Below, in pieces: positions 1-10,212 of a stretch of 35,313 nucleotides of DNA (the first letter of the stretch is position 1; every line of letters starts with the position of its first letter). The translations under genes were made by a program, and so were the position numbers. The notes under the pieces are model-generated. The model was not told the DNA's origin, did not search any database, and saw nothing but the letters and a program-made list of their open reading frames with translations. This DNA comes from a bacterium (lineage in GTDB: Bacteria > JAHJDO01), in assembly GCA_043824255.1 (NCBI GenBank), contig JBDRTG010000037.1, positions 1 to 35,313 on the forward strand, read 5' to 3'.

Positions 1-48
1 ACGCTTTAATTCCCTTTGACTCGCCATGATTATGTCCCTTTCTGCCAT
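1..48 (-). CDS. Transposase N-terminus (partial), ISNCY/IS1202-like
   Basis: RBS GAGGAGGG, then ATG at 48, giving MAERDIIMASQRELKR, which runs off the window. It resembles ISNCY-family transposase N-termini that I recall. Only 16 codons are visible. Confidence 0.7.
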   Translation of the reverse strand, partial: MAERDIIMASQRELKR

Positions 49-139
49 AATACCCTCCTCTCAAATCGGGTATTATAGCTTCCTTAAAAGCGGACATTTC
101 TATTTTGGCTAATTAGGACATTATCATTTTGGTATTACA
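1..139 (-). mobile_element. Left end of an IS1202-like (ISNCY) insertion sequence, truncated by the window edge
   Basis: The minus strand from 139 reads TGTAATACCAAAATGATAATGTCCTAATTAGCCAAAATAGAAATGTCC. This is a TGT terminus plus two 17-bp subterminal repeats (92-108 and 116-132), followed by an RBS and a transposase-like start. Confidence 0.8.
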
Positions 140-153
140 GATAAATGTGAGCA

Positions 154-181
154 TTGACAGGCATGTATTTCTTGTTACAAT
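154..181 (+). promoter_or_regulatory. sigma70-type promoter for queH, probably leaderless
   Basis: TTGACA(154-159), 16 bp, TACAAT(176-181) with an extended TG. The ATG lies 7 nt downstream and there is no SD. Confidence 0.7.
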
Positions 182-188
182 AGATCTT

Positions 189-722
189 ATGAAACTACTC
201 TTGCATACCTGTTGTGCGCCTTGTTTGACATATCCATATAAGATACTTTCAGAACATGGAATGCAAGTATCGGCATTTTTTTACAATCCGAATATTCATC
301 CATTTACAGAGTATACTAAGAGATTGAATTGCCTCAAAGATTACACTGAAGAAAAAGGGGTAAAGCTGATTATGAAAGATGATTATGCTATTGAGGAATT
401 CCTGAAGCAGGTTGTATTTAGGGAAAACAATAGATGCTCCATCTGTTATGAAATTAGATTGGCTGAGACAGCGAAAACTGCAAAATCAGAAAAGTTTGAT
501 GCCTTTTCTACAACAATGCTCATAAGCCCCTACCAGAAACACGAGTCAATTAGAAGCATTGGGGAATCAGTTGCAGCTGAGTTTGGCATTAGCTTTTTTT
601 ATAAGGACTTTAGAGAGGGGTATAGAGAAAGCGTGTCTCTTTCCAAGGGCGCAGGTCTTTACCGTCAGCAGTATTGCGGCTGTATATATAGTGAGAAAGA
701 GCGGTATCAGCGTTCTGCTTGA
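189..722 (+). CDS. queH: Epoxyqueuosine reductase QueH (DUF208)
   Basis: Motifs MKLLLHTCCAPC, FYNPNIHP..EY..R, RCSIC and YRQQYCGCIYS. Start moved from 129 (inside the IS end) to the ATG at 189. Confidence 0.92.
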   Translation: MKLLLHTCCAPCLTYPYKILSEHGMQVSAFFYNPNIHPFTEYTKRLNCLKDYTEEKGVKLIMKDDYAIEEFLKQVVFRENNRCSICYEIRLAETAKTAKSEKFDAFSTTMLISPYQKHESIRSIGESVAAEFGISFFYKDFREGYRESVSLSKGAGLYRQQYCGCIYSEKERYQRSA

Positions 723-747
723 CACGTTATAGGGCTTTCTGTATAAT
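719..747 (+). promoter_or_regulatory. Consensus sigma70 promoter of the rpmH operon
   Basis: Perfect TTGACA(719-724), 17 bp, TATAAT(742-747). Confidence 0.85.
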
Positions 748-802
748 CACCTGACGTTTGGATTAGATGAGGAAAAACAAGTTTCGGAGAGTGTGAGTTA
801 TT

Positions 803-940
803 ATGCCTAAAAGAACGTATCAGCCGTCTGTTTTGAGTAGAAAAAGAGCGCTGGGTTTCCGTAAGAGAATGTCTACTAAAAATGGAAGATTGGTTTTAAA
901 AAGAAGAAGACGTAAAGGTAGAGCAAGACTGACTGTATAA
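803..940 (+). CDS. rpmH: 50S ribosomal protein L34 (not in the ORF track)
   Basis: Manual translation [45 protein letters not shown], directly upstream of rnpA. Confidence 0.97.
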   Translation: MPKRTYQPSVLSRKRALGFRKRMSTKNGRLVLKRRRRKGRARLTV

Positions 941-964
941 GGAATATTAGGATACTTCCTGCCT

Positions 965-1333
965 GTGAAAAAATTTTCTTTTTCAAGAGACGAAAGGCTT
1001 AAGAAATATAATCAGATCAAGCCTGTATTTGCAAATGGTAGAAGGTATCGTGAAATATTTGGAAATCTTTATATGAGAACAAATGACACATCAAGAACCA
1101 GATTGGGGATTGTTGTGAGAATACCAAAAGTCTTCAAAGATAGGGCTGTACAAAGAAACAGGATTAAGAGATTAGTAAGGGAGTTCTACAGGCTGAATAA
1201 ACACAACATAGTTAAAGGGATTGATATTGTTTTCGAAGTGTTTCTCTCCTCTACTAGTACGTACAAATATAATGATGTTGAAATAAATGCTTTTAATCTG
1301 TGTAAAAAAGCAAGAATATTGCTGAGTCAATGA
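965..1333 (+). CDS. rnpA: Ribonuclease P protein component
   Basis: Motifs ERLKK, RLGIVV and [13 protein letters not shown] (RNR motif); synteny with rpmH and yidD. Confidence 0.93.
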   Translation: MKKFSFSRDERLKKYNQIKPVFANGRRYREIFGNLYMRTNDTSRTRLGIVVRIPKVFKDRAVQRNRIKRLVREFYRLNKHNIVKGIDIVFEVFLSSTSTYKYNDVEINAFNLCKKARILLSQ

Positions 1334-1548
1334 ACATATTAAACAAACCGGCTGTTTTTATTATACGATTTTACCAAAACTATATTTCACCTATGAAGCA
1401 GTCTACATGCAGATTTTTCCCAACATGTTCAGAATATACAAAACTTGCCATATTAAAATATGGATTTTTTAAAGGATGTGTGTTAGGTTTTCTTCGTTTG
1501 GTTAAATGTCATCCTTTTCATGCAGGCGGGCATGACCCGCTAACCTAG
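1330..1548 (+). CDS. yidD: Membrane protein insertion efficiency factor YidD
   Basis: Motifs [17 protein letters not shown] and [12 protein letters not shown]. Confidence 0.96.
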   Translation: MNILNKPAVFIIRFYQNYISPMKQSTCRFFPTCSEYTKLAILKYGFFKGCVLGFLRLVKCHPFHAGGHDPLT

Positions 1549-1556
1549 GAGTATCT

Positions 1557-3398
1557 ATGAATAGAAGAACATTATTAGCGATTGTATTGTCTCTTTCAGT
1601 ATTTCTAATATTTAACCATTATTATAGTTCCAAATTGCCAAAGAAACCTGTTGAAGAGAATATCTCTTCTCGAGCTGTCCCAATTAGAACTGTTCCAGTT
1701 AGAGTTGGAAAGGAAAAGCAGAAAGAATATGTATACAGAGAAGAAGAAAAGAAGCCTTTAGTCAAGGAGAAAGAAGTCATTGTTGAAACAGATTTAGTAA
1801 GAATTGTTTTAGGAAGTTCTTCTGGAACAATCAAAAGTTACAAGATAAAGGAATATAAGGAATCTGAGGTAAAACCAAATACAATTGAACTGAATAATCA
1901 AAAAATAAAACAACTCTCCGGGCAACTTGCCAAAGCTGCCTCAGAAGAGCAGAAGGAGCGCCTTTCATATCAAAAAGAGGAGATGGAATATATTAATGCC
2001 AGATTAATATCAAGAGAAAGAGAGGGCAAGCTAAACACGCCGCAGGATATTGAACTTGTGTCATTTGCAAATTATTATACTCAAACCTATCCTCTTGAGA
2101 CGCGCTTTCAGGTAAAAGGAGAAGTATCTGCTATTAATAATTTTAAATGTGATAGTAATGGGCTTTTACTTTCCATGAAAAAGCCAGAAGGTTATGTTAG
2201 ATTTGTTTCTCATATGGAAGACGGCTCGACTATAATCAAAAAGATTCTATTTAATAATGATAGTTATCTTATTGGTGTCACTCTGGAATTGATAAATAAT
2301 ACAGATAATAATATTGAACAAACCAGTTTTTTAATTAGTACAGGCACAGGCCTCAGATTAATGGAGGAACAGAGTTCTGGCAGGGGAGGAGGAGTTGAAT
2401 TACAATCTGTATCTTATATAAATGATAAGGTGATAAAAAAGCCGTTTAGCCGCGGAGAGAAAGACAAAGATGTAACGCAATCATATATCGGCAAAATATG
2501 GTGGACTGCCTTATCCACAAAATACTTCTTAAATGCCTTAATCCCGGTAGAACCCGCATCAAAAGTTGTTATTAAGAAAGATAAATTAAATCTGTTACAA
2601 AACTATGTGGAAACTGTTGTCCCAACTGTTAGTCCTAATCAAAGTTTTTCTTACAGTATTAACTGCTATTTAGGCCCGAAGGATGTGGATAGGCTGGTAA
2701 AACGAGGAGTTAATTTAGAAGCGCTTGCTGACTTTGGCTTTTTTGGAAATCTTTTCAGAATCGTTCATATTCTAAAGTTCTTACACAAAATTACCGGGAA
2801 CTATGGAGTGGCAATTATTTTATTAACAATCCTGATGAGTATAGTTCTGTTTCCACTCACAATAAAAAGCCATAAGTCAATGAGAGCCATGCAGGAACTT
2901 CAACCGCAAATCAGTGCGTTGAAGAATAAGTATAAGGACAATGCCCAAAAAATAAATAAAGAGACGATGGCACTATACAAAAAAAACAAGGTAAATCCAC
3001 TTGGCGGGTGTTTGCCAATGATGTTACAAATGCCTCTTTTTTTCGCGCTTTTTACAACTTTAAGAAATGCCATAGAGTTAAAAGGAACCTGTTTTATTCC
3101 CGGATGGATTCCAGATCTATCTTTACCGGACACAGTATTCTACTTAGGAGCATTAATAGATAAACAGGGAGTATATCCTTTAAATATTCTTCCTATTTTA
3201 ATGAGTATAACAACAATTCTTCAGCAAAAGTTTACCACTCAGTCTGCGGACCCAAAACAGGCAAAGATGATGTTTTTTATGCCCGTGTTTATGCTGTTCA
3301 TTTTTTATAATTTTCCTTCCGGATTGGTTCTATACTGGTTAACCAACAATATTCTCAGCATTGTGCAACAAGCTTTGATTCGTAAGAAACACAAGTAA
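1557..3398 (+). CDS. yidC: Membrane protein insertase YidC
   Basis: N-terminal TM segment, periplasmic domain, and motifs YLGPK, GNYGVAIILLT, NPLGGCLPMMLQMP and PSGLVLYWLTNN. Confidence 0.97.
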   Translation: MNRRTLLAIVLSLSVFLIFNHYYSSKLPKKPVEENISSRAVPIRTVPVRVGKEKQKEYVYREEEKKPLVKEKEVIVETDLVRIVLGSSSGTIKSYKIKEYKESEVKPNTIELNNQKIKQLSGQLAKAASEEQKERLSYQKEEMEYINARLISREREGKLNTPQDIELVSFANYYTQTYPLETRFQVKGEVSAINNFKCDSNGLLLSMKKPEGYVRFVSHMEDGSTIIKKILFNNDSYLIGVTLELINNTDNNIEQTSFLISTGTGLRLMEEQSSGRGGGVELQSVSYINDKVIKKPFSRGEKDKDVTQSYIGKIWWTALSTKYFLNALIPVEPASKVVIKKDKLNLLQNYVETVVPTVSPNQSFSYSINCYLGPKDVDRLVKRGVNLEALADFGFFGNLFRIVHILKFLHKITGNYGVAIILLTILMSIVLFPLTIKSHKSMRAMQELQPQISALKNKYKDNAQKINKETMALYKKNKVNPLGGCLPMMLQMPLFFALFTTLRNAIELKGTCFIPGWIPDLSLPDTVFYLGALIDKQGVYPLNILPILMSITTILQQKFTTQSADPKQAKMMFFMPVFMLFIFYNFPSGLVLYWLTNNILSIVQQALIRKKHK

Positions 3399-3409
3399 AA
3401 TTCCAAATT

Positions 3410-4786
3410 ATGACTACAGACACAATAGCAGCAATATCAACTCCGCTTGGCGAGGGTGGAATAGGGATTATAAGGCTAAGCGGACCGGATGCAATAAAGA
3501 TTGCCTCAAAAATATTCAAGCCAAAGAAAAACATAAATCTAGAAAAGCAAAAATCTCATACGCTTCATTTTGGATATATTATTAAGGAAAAAACTGTTCT
3601 TGATGAAGTGCTGGTTTCTGTAATGAAGTCGCCTTATTCATACACAAAAGAAGATGTTGTGGAGATTAATTGTCATAGCGGGGTTTTAGTTTTAAGGTCT
3701 ATTCTAGAGCTTGCATTAGGACATGGTGCACGTACAGCGCAGCCGGGTGAATTTACTAAAAGGGCGTTTTTAAACGGCAGAATAGACCTGTCACAAGCTG
3801 AGTCAGTAATAGACTTGATAAGAAGCATGTCGTCAAAAGGATTGAGATTAGCAGCGCAGCAGCTATCAGGCAGATTATCCGTTAAAATAAAAAATTTACG
3901 TATAGAATTGCTTGATTTACTGGCGCGTATAGAAGCATTACTTAATTTCCCTGAGGATGAAGTTAGCTCAATAAGCAGAGGTACTATATTATCTTCAGTT
4001 AAGAAGATGCAGAAAAAGATTGAGGCTTTAATTGACACTGCTGATCAGGGGGAGATTTTCAGGCATGGGGTAGGGACGGTTATTGCTGGCAAACCAAATG
4101 TCGGGAAATCCAGTCTTTTGAATACGCTTATGGAAGAGGAGAGAGCCATAGTAACTGAGGTTCCCGGAACCACAAGAGACACAGTAGAGGGACACATTCA
4201 CATACAAGGACTTTCCTTCATACTAATAGACACTGCCGGCTTACAACCTGTAAGCAATATTGTAGAAAAAATAGGCATTGCCAGAAGCAAGAAAAAACTC
4301 TTAGAAGCTGACCTTATACTCTTCATGTTAGATGCAAGCACCACGATTGATTCTAATGATAAGAAACTGTTTGAACTTGTTAAAGGGAGGCATGCTATTG
4401 TACTGCTTAACAAAATAGATCTACCATCTAAAACAAAGATATCTGATATTCGTAAACTTGTTCCTAAAGGGATAATTTTAAAAATATCTGCAAAGGAGGA
4501 AATTGGAATTGACGAGCTCAAAAACACAATGTTTGATATAACATTATCTAAGTTTAAGCACCCTCAGTCCTCTGTATGTGTTAATATGAGACATAAGGAA
4601 TCGCTGTTAAATGCACAAAGGAGTTTAGATCACATTATTTATACTATGACAAGAACAAAATTAACTGAAGAGTTTGTCTCTCTTGACCTAAAAAACGCGT
4701 TGGATTCTCTTGGCCAGATAACAGGAGAAACAGTGAATAATGAAGTGCTGGATAGAATATTCGCAAAATTTTGTATAGGGAAGTAA
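3410..4786 (+). CDS. mnmE: tRNA modification GTPase MnmE
   Basis: Motifs DTIAAISTP, GEFTKRAFLNGRIDL, GKPNVGKSS, GTTRD and C-terminal FCIGK. Confidence 0.98.
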   Translation: MTTDTIAAISTPLGEGGIGIIRLSGPDAIKIASKIFKPKKNINLEKQKSHTLHFGYIIKEKTVLDEVLVSVMKSPYSYTKEDVVEINCHSGVLVLRSILELALGHGARTAQPGEFTKRAFLNGRIDLSQAESVIDLIRSMSSKGLRLAAQQLSGRLSVKIKNLRIELLDLLARIEALLNFPEDEVSSISRGTILSSVKKMQKKIEALIDTADQGEIFRHGVGTVIAGKPNVGKSSLLNTLMEEERAIVTEVPGTTRDTVEGHIHIQGLSFILIDTAGLQPVSNIVEKIGIARSKKKLLEADLILFMLDASTTIDSNDKKLFELVKGRHAIVLLNKIDLPSKTKISDIRKLVPKGIILKISAKEEIGIDELKNTMFDITLSKFKHPQSSVCVNMRHKESLLNAQRSLDHIIYTMTRTKLTEEFVSLDLKNALDSLGQITGETVNNEVLDRIFAKFCIGK

Positions 4787-4789
4787 CCA

Positions 4790-5563
4790 ATGAAATTTGA
4801 TGTTTATTTTCACGCACCGTTTGATATGCTTCTTAAACACCTTAAGGATATAGCGGCTCATCATATTAATCTTGAAATATACATGAATCCTGCTTTGCTG
4901 GACTGCTTACCTCTTAAGGAAATGGGAAAGGTTAAAAACTTTTGTTTAGAAGAAGATATAAGAACTAGTTGTCATGGTCCATATATTGACTTAAATCCGG
5001 GAAGCGAGGATCCAAAAGTAAGAAGCTTAACAAGGGAAAGATTTGTTCAGTCTATTCAGTTTTGCAGTAAAATGGGCATAAAGAATCTGGTGCTGCATAC
5101 TGGATATTCACCAGTTTTTCATGAAGCAATTAAAGATATCTGGTTTGAGACATCACTGGATTTATGGAAAGAGATAAAAACTATTGCAGAAGAAAAAGAA
5201 ATTAAGATAGCAATTGAAAATTGCCTGGAAAATTCTCCTGAAATAGTTATCCGACTTCTTGATGAAATTGGTTCAGAAAACTTTGGTATGTGTTTTGACA
5301 TTGCGCATTTTAATGTATTTGGAGACAAACCTGTTCTTGATTGTTTTGACATATGCGCTGACAAGGTATTTGAAATTCACCTCTCAGATAATAATGGTGA
5401 TAGAGATTCTCATCTTGCATTTGGAAAGGGCAACATAAATTTTCAACAAATATTTCACAGATTAAAAGAGAAGGATCTGAATCCTATAGTAACAGTAGAA
5501 GCAATGAGCATAGAAGATGTTATTTATAATATAGAGTATTTAGGGAATGTTGACTGGTTTTGA
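4790..5563 (+). CDS. Sugar phosphate isomerase / AP endonuclease family 2 TIM-barrel protein
   Basis: Motifs HGPYIDLNPGS, IAIEN, CFDIAH and IHLSDNNGDRDSHLAFGKG. Confidence 0.8.
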   Translation: MKFDVYFHAPFDMLLKHLKDIAAHHINLEIYMNPALLDCLPLKEMGKVKNFCLEEDIRTSCHGPYIDLNPGSEDPKVRSLTRERFVQSIQFCSKMGIKNLVLHTGYSPVFHEAIKDIWFETSLDLWKEIKTIAEEKEIKIAIENCLENSPEIVIRLLDEIGSENFGMCFDIAHFNVFGDKPVLDCFDICADKVFEIHLSDNNGDRDSHLAFGKGNINFQQIFHRLKEKDLNPIVTVEAMSIEDVIYNIEYLGNVDWF

Positions 5564-5591
5564 TATTTTTTTACTTTTTTCTATTTTTCTC

Positions 5592-5620
5592 TTGACATGG
5601 GTAGAGAAAGTTGCTATTTT
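5592..5620 (+). promoter_or_regulatory. sigma70 promoter of the groE operon
   Basis: TTGACA(5592-5597), 17 bp, TATTTT(5615-5620) with a TG extension; abuts the CIRCE element. Confidence 0.7.
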
Positions 5621-5646
5621 TAGCAGTCTAAACGTGAGAGTGCTAA
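5620..5646 (+). promoter_or_regulatory. CIRCE element (HrcA operator)
   Basis: TTAGCAGTC-N9-GAGTGCTAA, one mismatch to the consensus TTAGCACTC-N9-GAGTGCTAA, located upstream of groES. Confidence 0.93.
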
Positions 5647-5693
5647 AAATTTGATGAAATTTATAATAAGTTAGAAGAGGGGGGTGAGGAAAT

Positions 5694-5981
5694 ATGACGG
5701 TAAAACCACTAGCTGATAGGATCTTAGTTAAGAGATTAGAAGAGGAGGACAAGATAGGAAGCATAATAGTTCCTGATACGGCTAAGGAAAAGTCTCAAAA
5801 AGCAGAGGTTATTGCTGTAGGAGAGGGGAGAAGGACAGATGAAGGAAAACTAGTTTCTCTTGAGGTTAAAAAGGGGGACAAGCTACTTATTGGTAAGTAT
5901 GCAGGTACGGATATAAAGATTGATGGCGAAGAATATATAATTATGAAGCAGGAAGATGTAATGGGAATTTTTAGGAACTAA
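5694..5981 (+). CDS. groES: Co-chaperonin GroES (copy 1)
   Basis: Motifs KPLADRILVK, IIVPDTAKEK and KYAGTDIKIDGEEY. Confidence 0.98.
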   Translation: MTVKPLADRILVKRLEEEDKIGSIIVPDTAKEKSQKAEVIAVGEGRRTDEGKLVSLEVKKGDKLLIGKYAGTDIKIDGEEYIIMKQEDVMGIFRN

Positions 5982-6007
5982 AGATAAAAATATAAAGAAA
6001 GGAGTAA

Positions 6008-7654
<1,647 letters not shown>

Positions 7655-7670
7655 GATAAGAACTGATTAG

Positions 7671-7700
7671 TATAGGGGCATGGTTTGCCATGCCCCTATA
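7671..7700. repeat. REP-like perfect hairpin between groEL and the second groES
   Basis: TATAGGGGCATGG-TTTG-CCATGCCCCTATA, a 13-bp perfect stem with no U-tract. Confidence 0.7.
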
Positions 7701-7720
7701 AATTTACGAGGAGACAAGAT

Positions 7721-8008
7721 ATGAAATTAGTACCTTTGGAAGACAGAGTTATTGTAAAGAGATTGGAAGCTGAAGATAAGACAAAGGGAGGTATAATTCT
7801 TCCTGATACAGCTAAGGAAAAACCGCAAAAGGGTAAGATTATAGCTGTTGGCAGTGGGAAAATGTTGGAAGATGGAAAGAAACAATCAATGAGTGTTAAA
7901 AAAGGCGACAAAGTTATTTTTGCATCATACGCAGGCACAGAAGTACAAATTGATGGGGAAGAGCATCTGATAATGAAAGAGGAAGACATCTTGGCTGTTA
8001 TAGAATAG
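7721..8008 (+). CDS. groES: Co-chaperonin GroES (copy 2)
   Basis: [13 protein letters not shown]...[25 protein letters not shown] precedes the ATG at 7721; the ORF-track start at 7685 lies inside the hairpin. Confidence 0.97.
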   Translation: MKLVPLEDRVIVKRLEAEDKTKGGIILPDTAKEKPQKGKIIAVGSGKMLEDGKKQSMSVKKGDKVIFASYAGTEVQIDGEEHLIMKEEDILAVIE

Positions 8009-8022
8009 CAACAAATGTTTTT

Positions 8023-8071
8023 TAAGCCTCCTGCACCCCGAATGTTTTGGGAACAGGAGGCTTATTTGTTT
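8023..8071 (+). terminator. Rho-independent terminator of the groE operon
   Basis: Stem TAAGCCTCCTG...CAGGAGGCTTA followed by TTTGTTT. Confidence 0.75.
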
Positions 8072-8072
8072 C

Positions 8073-8096
8073 GGGTCGGATTTATCCGACCCCTAC
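8073..8096 (-). repeat. GTAG-type REP-like element
   Basis: The minus strand reads GTAG-GGGTCGGA-TAAA-TCCGACCC, a GTAG tetranucleotide at the foot of an 8-bp hairpin. Confidence 0.65.
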
Positions 8097-8117
8097 ATTT
8101 AAAGGGAGGGAATAGAA

Positions 8118-9302
8118 TTGGCTGAAGAAAACAGGTTCCATAATCTTCAGAAACTGACGTATCTTCTAATTGTTGTTCTATTGATTTATGGAGGTCGAAA
8201 CCTATGGAGAAATTTTGCAAGTCCCAAGTATAAGAAAACAAAAATTTTCTTAAAGACTTTTGATATTATCCAGGCTCGCTACATAGATAAAACAGAGCCC
8301 AAAGATCTTATATATAGTGCCGTTGATAGTATGGTTAAGAGTCTTGGGGATCCATACAGCCAGTTTATACCACAGGAAGTGTATGGTGAAGTTAGGATGT
8401 TTGAAAAAGGGGAATATGGGGGACTTGGAATAGTTATAGGAATAAGGGATAATAAGGTTATAGTTATTTCACCTATAGAAGGTACTCCTGCAGATGAAGC
8501 TGGAATAAAGCCCGGGGATGTTATTGTAAAAATAGGCGGAATAAGCTGTGTTGAATGGTCGTTGCCAGAAGTAGTGAAAGAGCTTAGAGGAGAAGAAGGG
8601 ACAAAAGTTTTATTGCATATAAAACGCGGGAAACATCAAAAGCTTTTACATTTTGAAATTGTTAGAAAAATCATAGAACTTAAATCAGTTTATTCTAAAT
8701 TAATAAACGATAGCATTGGATATATTAGAATTGTAGATTTTGGAAACGGAACATTAAAGAGTTTTCAAGATGTCATAACTAGTTTAGATAAAAAAGAGAC
8801 GAAGTCTCTTATTTTAGATTTAAGAAATAATCCGGGGGGATTTATTGACCAGGCAGTAGAGATTTCAGATTGCTTCTTATCTAAAGGGTTAATAGTTAAG
8901 ACAAAGGGACGGAGCAAAGAGCAGACTAAGACATATAGAGCAACAGAGGGCAAAGAAGATATACATTTACCATTAGTTGTGTTAATAAATAAAGGCAGTG
9001 CCAGCGCAGCGGAGATCGTTGCTGGTGCCTTACAGTGTAATAAGCGCGCAACTATAATAGGAACATCTAGTTTTGGAAAGGGATCAGTACAAGGCATTTT
9101 CCATTTGCCTGATAAAACAGCTCTTTGTCTGACTATTGCCAGATATTATATTCCTGATGGCAGCTTAATTGATGGTAAAGGTATCCACCCTGATATAGAA
9201 ATCAAAATTCCCGACTCATGGTACGAAAAATCAATAAATGAACAGATTGAATTACTTGATCCTCAGTTAGAGAAGGCAGTGGAATTCCTAAAAAATCGCT
9301 GA
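8118..9302 (+). CDS. S41 family C-terminal processing peptidase (CtpA-like) with PDZ domain
   Basis: N-terminal anchor and motifs LGDPYS, GGLGI (PDZ), LDLRNNPGG, SASAAEIVAGALQ and FGKGSVQ. TTG start after GGGAGG. Confidence 0.93.
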   Translation: MAEENRFHNLQKLTYLLIVVLLIYGGRNLWRNFASPKYKKTKIFLKTFDIIQARYIDKTEPKDLIYSAVDSMVKSLGDPYSQFIPQEVYGEVRMFEKGEYGGLGIVIGIRDNKVIVISPIEGTPADEAGIKPGDVIVKIGGISCVEWSLPEVVKELRGEEGTKVLLHIKRGKHQKLLHFEIVRKIIELKSVYSKLINDSIGYIRIVDFGNGTLKSFQDVITSLDKKETKSLILDLRNNPGGFIDQAVEISDCFLSKGLIVKTKGRSKEQTKTYRATEGKEDIHLPLVVLINKGSASAAEIVAGALQCNKRATIIGTSSFGKGSVQGIFHLPDKTALCLTIARYYIPDGSLIDGKGIHPDIEIKIPDSWYEKSINEQIELLDPQLEKAVEFLKNR

Positions 9303-9329
9303 GAATTCAGTGTGTTTCTATATTAGTTG

Positions 9330-10193
9330 TTATGCTAGTTCCCAAAGTCTTTTAGTGTTTTCCATCCCAATTCGCGAGCCAATGCGGCATTCTTCCATTC
9401 CCTCAAACTCAATAGATAAATATCCGTCAAAACCAGCATCTTTAATGACTTTTAGAATTAAATCCAGATGAATATCGCCATGACCGGCAATAGCTCCACG
9501 GCGATAGTTGCCTGCTGGTGTTCTGCTCCATCCTTCGCCAGGATTGTATGCGCTATCCTTTAGATGGAAGTCTTTGATATGAATCATGGAAGCATATTTT
9601 ATATTTTTTTTCACTGACACAAGCGCGACTTCATCAACACACACAAAATTCCCAATATCCATGGTTGTTTTGAAATTGTCCCGGTTAACAGCTAGAATTA
9701 GACGCTGAATTCTTTCGGCTGCCTGCATATACAGACCATGATTTTCTACACTTGTGGTGATTCCGTATTGTTTTGCATAATCTGCTATCTGGGTACAGGC
9801 AGCAGCACATTTGGGAAGATCTCTATCAAATTGTTCGACAGAAGTCTCTTCCACAGGCCGGCTGGCTGCGTCATGACGCATTAATTTTACACCCAGGGCA
9901 TTTGCTACATCTACTTCCCTTTTGATACGCTCGATTTCTCCTTCATAGGTCTTTTCGGTTTTCTGGATGAAATTTGCGGAAATAGTATAGCTGGAAATAT
10001 CCAGATTTACTTCTTTGGCCTTTGCAACAATGGATTTGATTAATTCATCATTGTCCTTTAAATTAAGATTGCTGGGCGAGATTTCAACGTGTTTGCCACC
10101 ATTGTCAGCAATCCACTGAATTACTGATAGGATATCCAGTTCTCCTGCGCTAATTGCACGTGACAAAGAATATGTGCTTAATCCGACTTTCAT
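9330..10193 (-). CDS. Sugar phosphate isomerase/epimerase (xylose isomerase-like TIM barrel)
   Basis: Starts MKVGLSTYSL (ATG at 10193; the ORF-track extension overlaps the upstream gene). Motifs VENHG, DIGNF, HIKD and SIEFEG. Confidence 0.88.
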   Translation of the reverse strand: MKVGLSTYSLSRAISAGELDILSVIQWIADNGGKHVEISPSNLNLKDNDELIKSIVAKAKEVNLDISSYTISANFIQKTEKTYEGEIERIKREVDVANALGVKLMRHDAASRPVEETSVEQFDRDLPKCAAACTQIADYAKQYGITTSVENHGLYMQAAERIQRLILAVNRDNFKTTMDIGNFVCVDEVALVSVKKNIKYASMIHIKDFHLKDSAYNPGEGWSRTPAGNYRRGAIAGHGDIHLDLILKVIKDAGFDGYLSIEFEGMEECRIGSRIGMENTKRLWELA

Positions 10194-10212
10194 TTTATTA
10201 TCTTTTTTTTGA

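Noticed and set aside
140..175. Possible dif/xrs target next to the IS1202-like end
   Set aside because: No ATAA-N6-TTATG core or XerD arm is recognisable.
129..188. N-terminal extension of the QueH ORF in the ORF track
   Set aside because: It starts inside the IS terminal repeat and spans the promoter; family similarity begins at ATG 189.
2511..2519. Perfect DnaA box TTATCCACA (another at 19112-19120 on the minus strand)
   Set aside because: Both are isolated and inside coding regions, with no cluster or AT-rich unwinding element.
7685..7720. ORF-track N-terminal extension of the second GroES
   Set aside because: It starts within the hairpin; the RBS and homology support ATG 7721.
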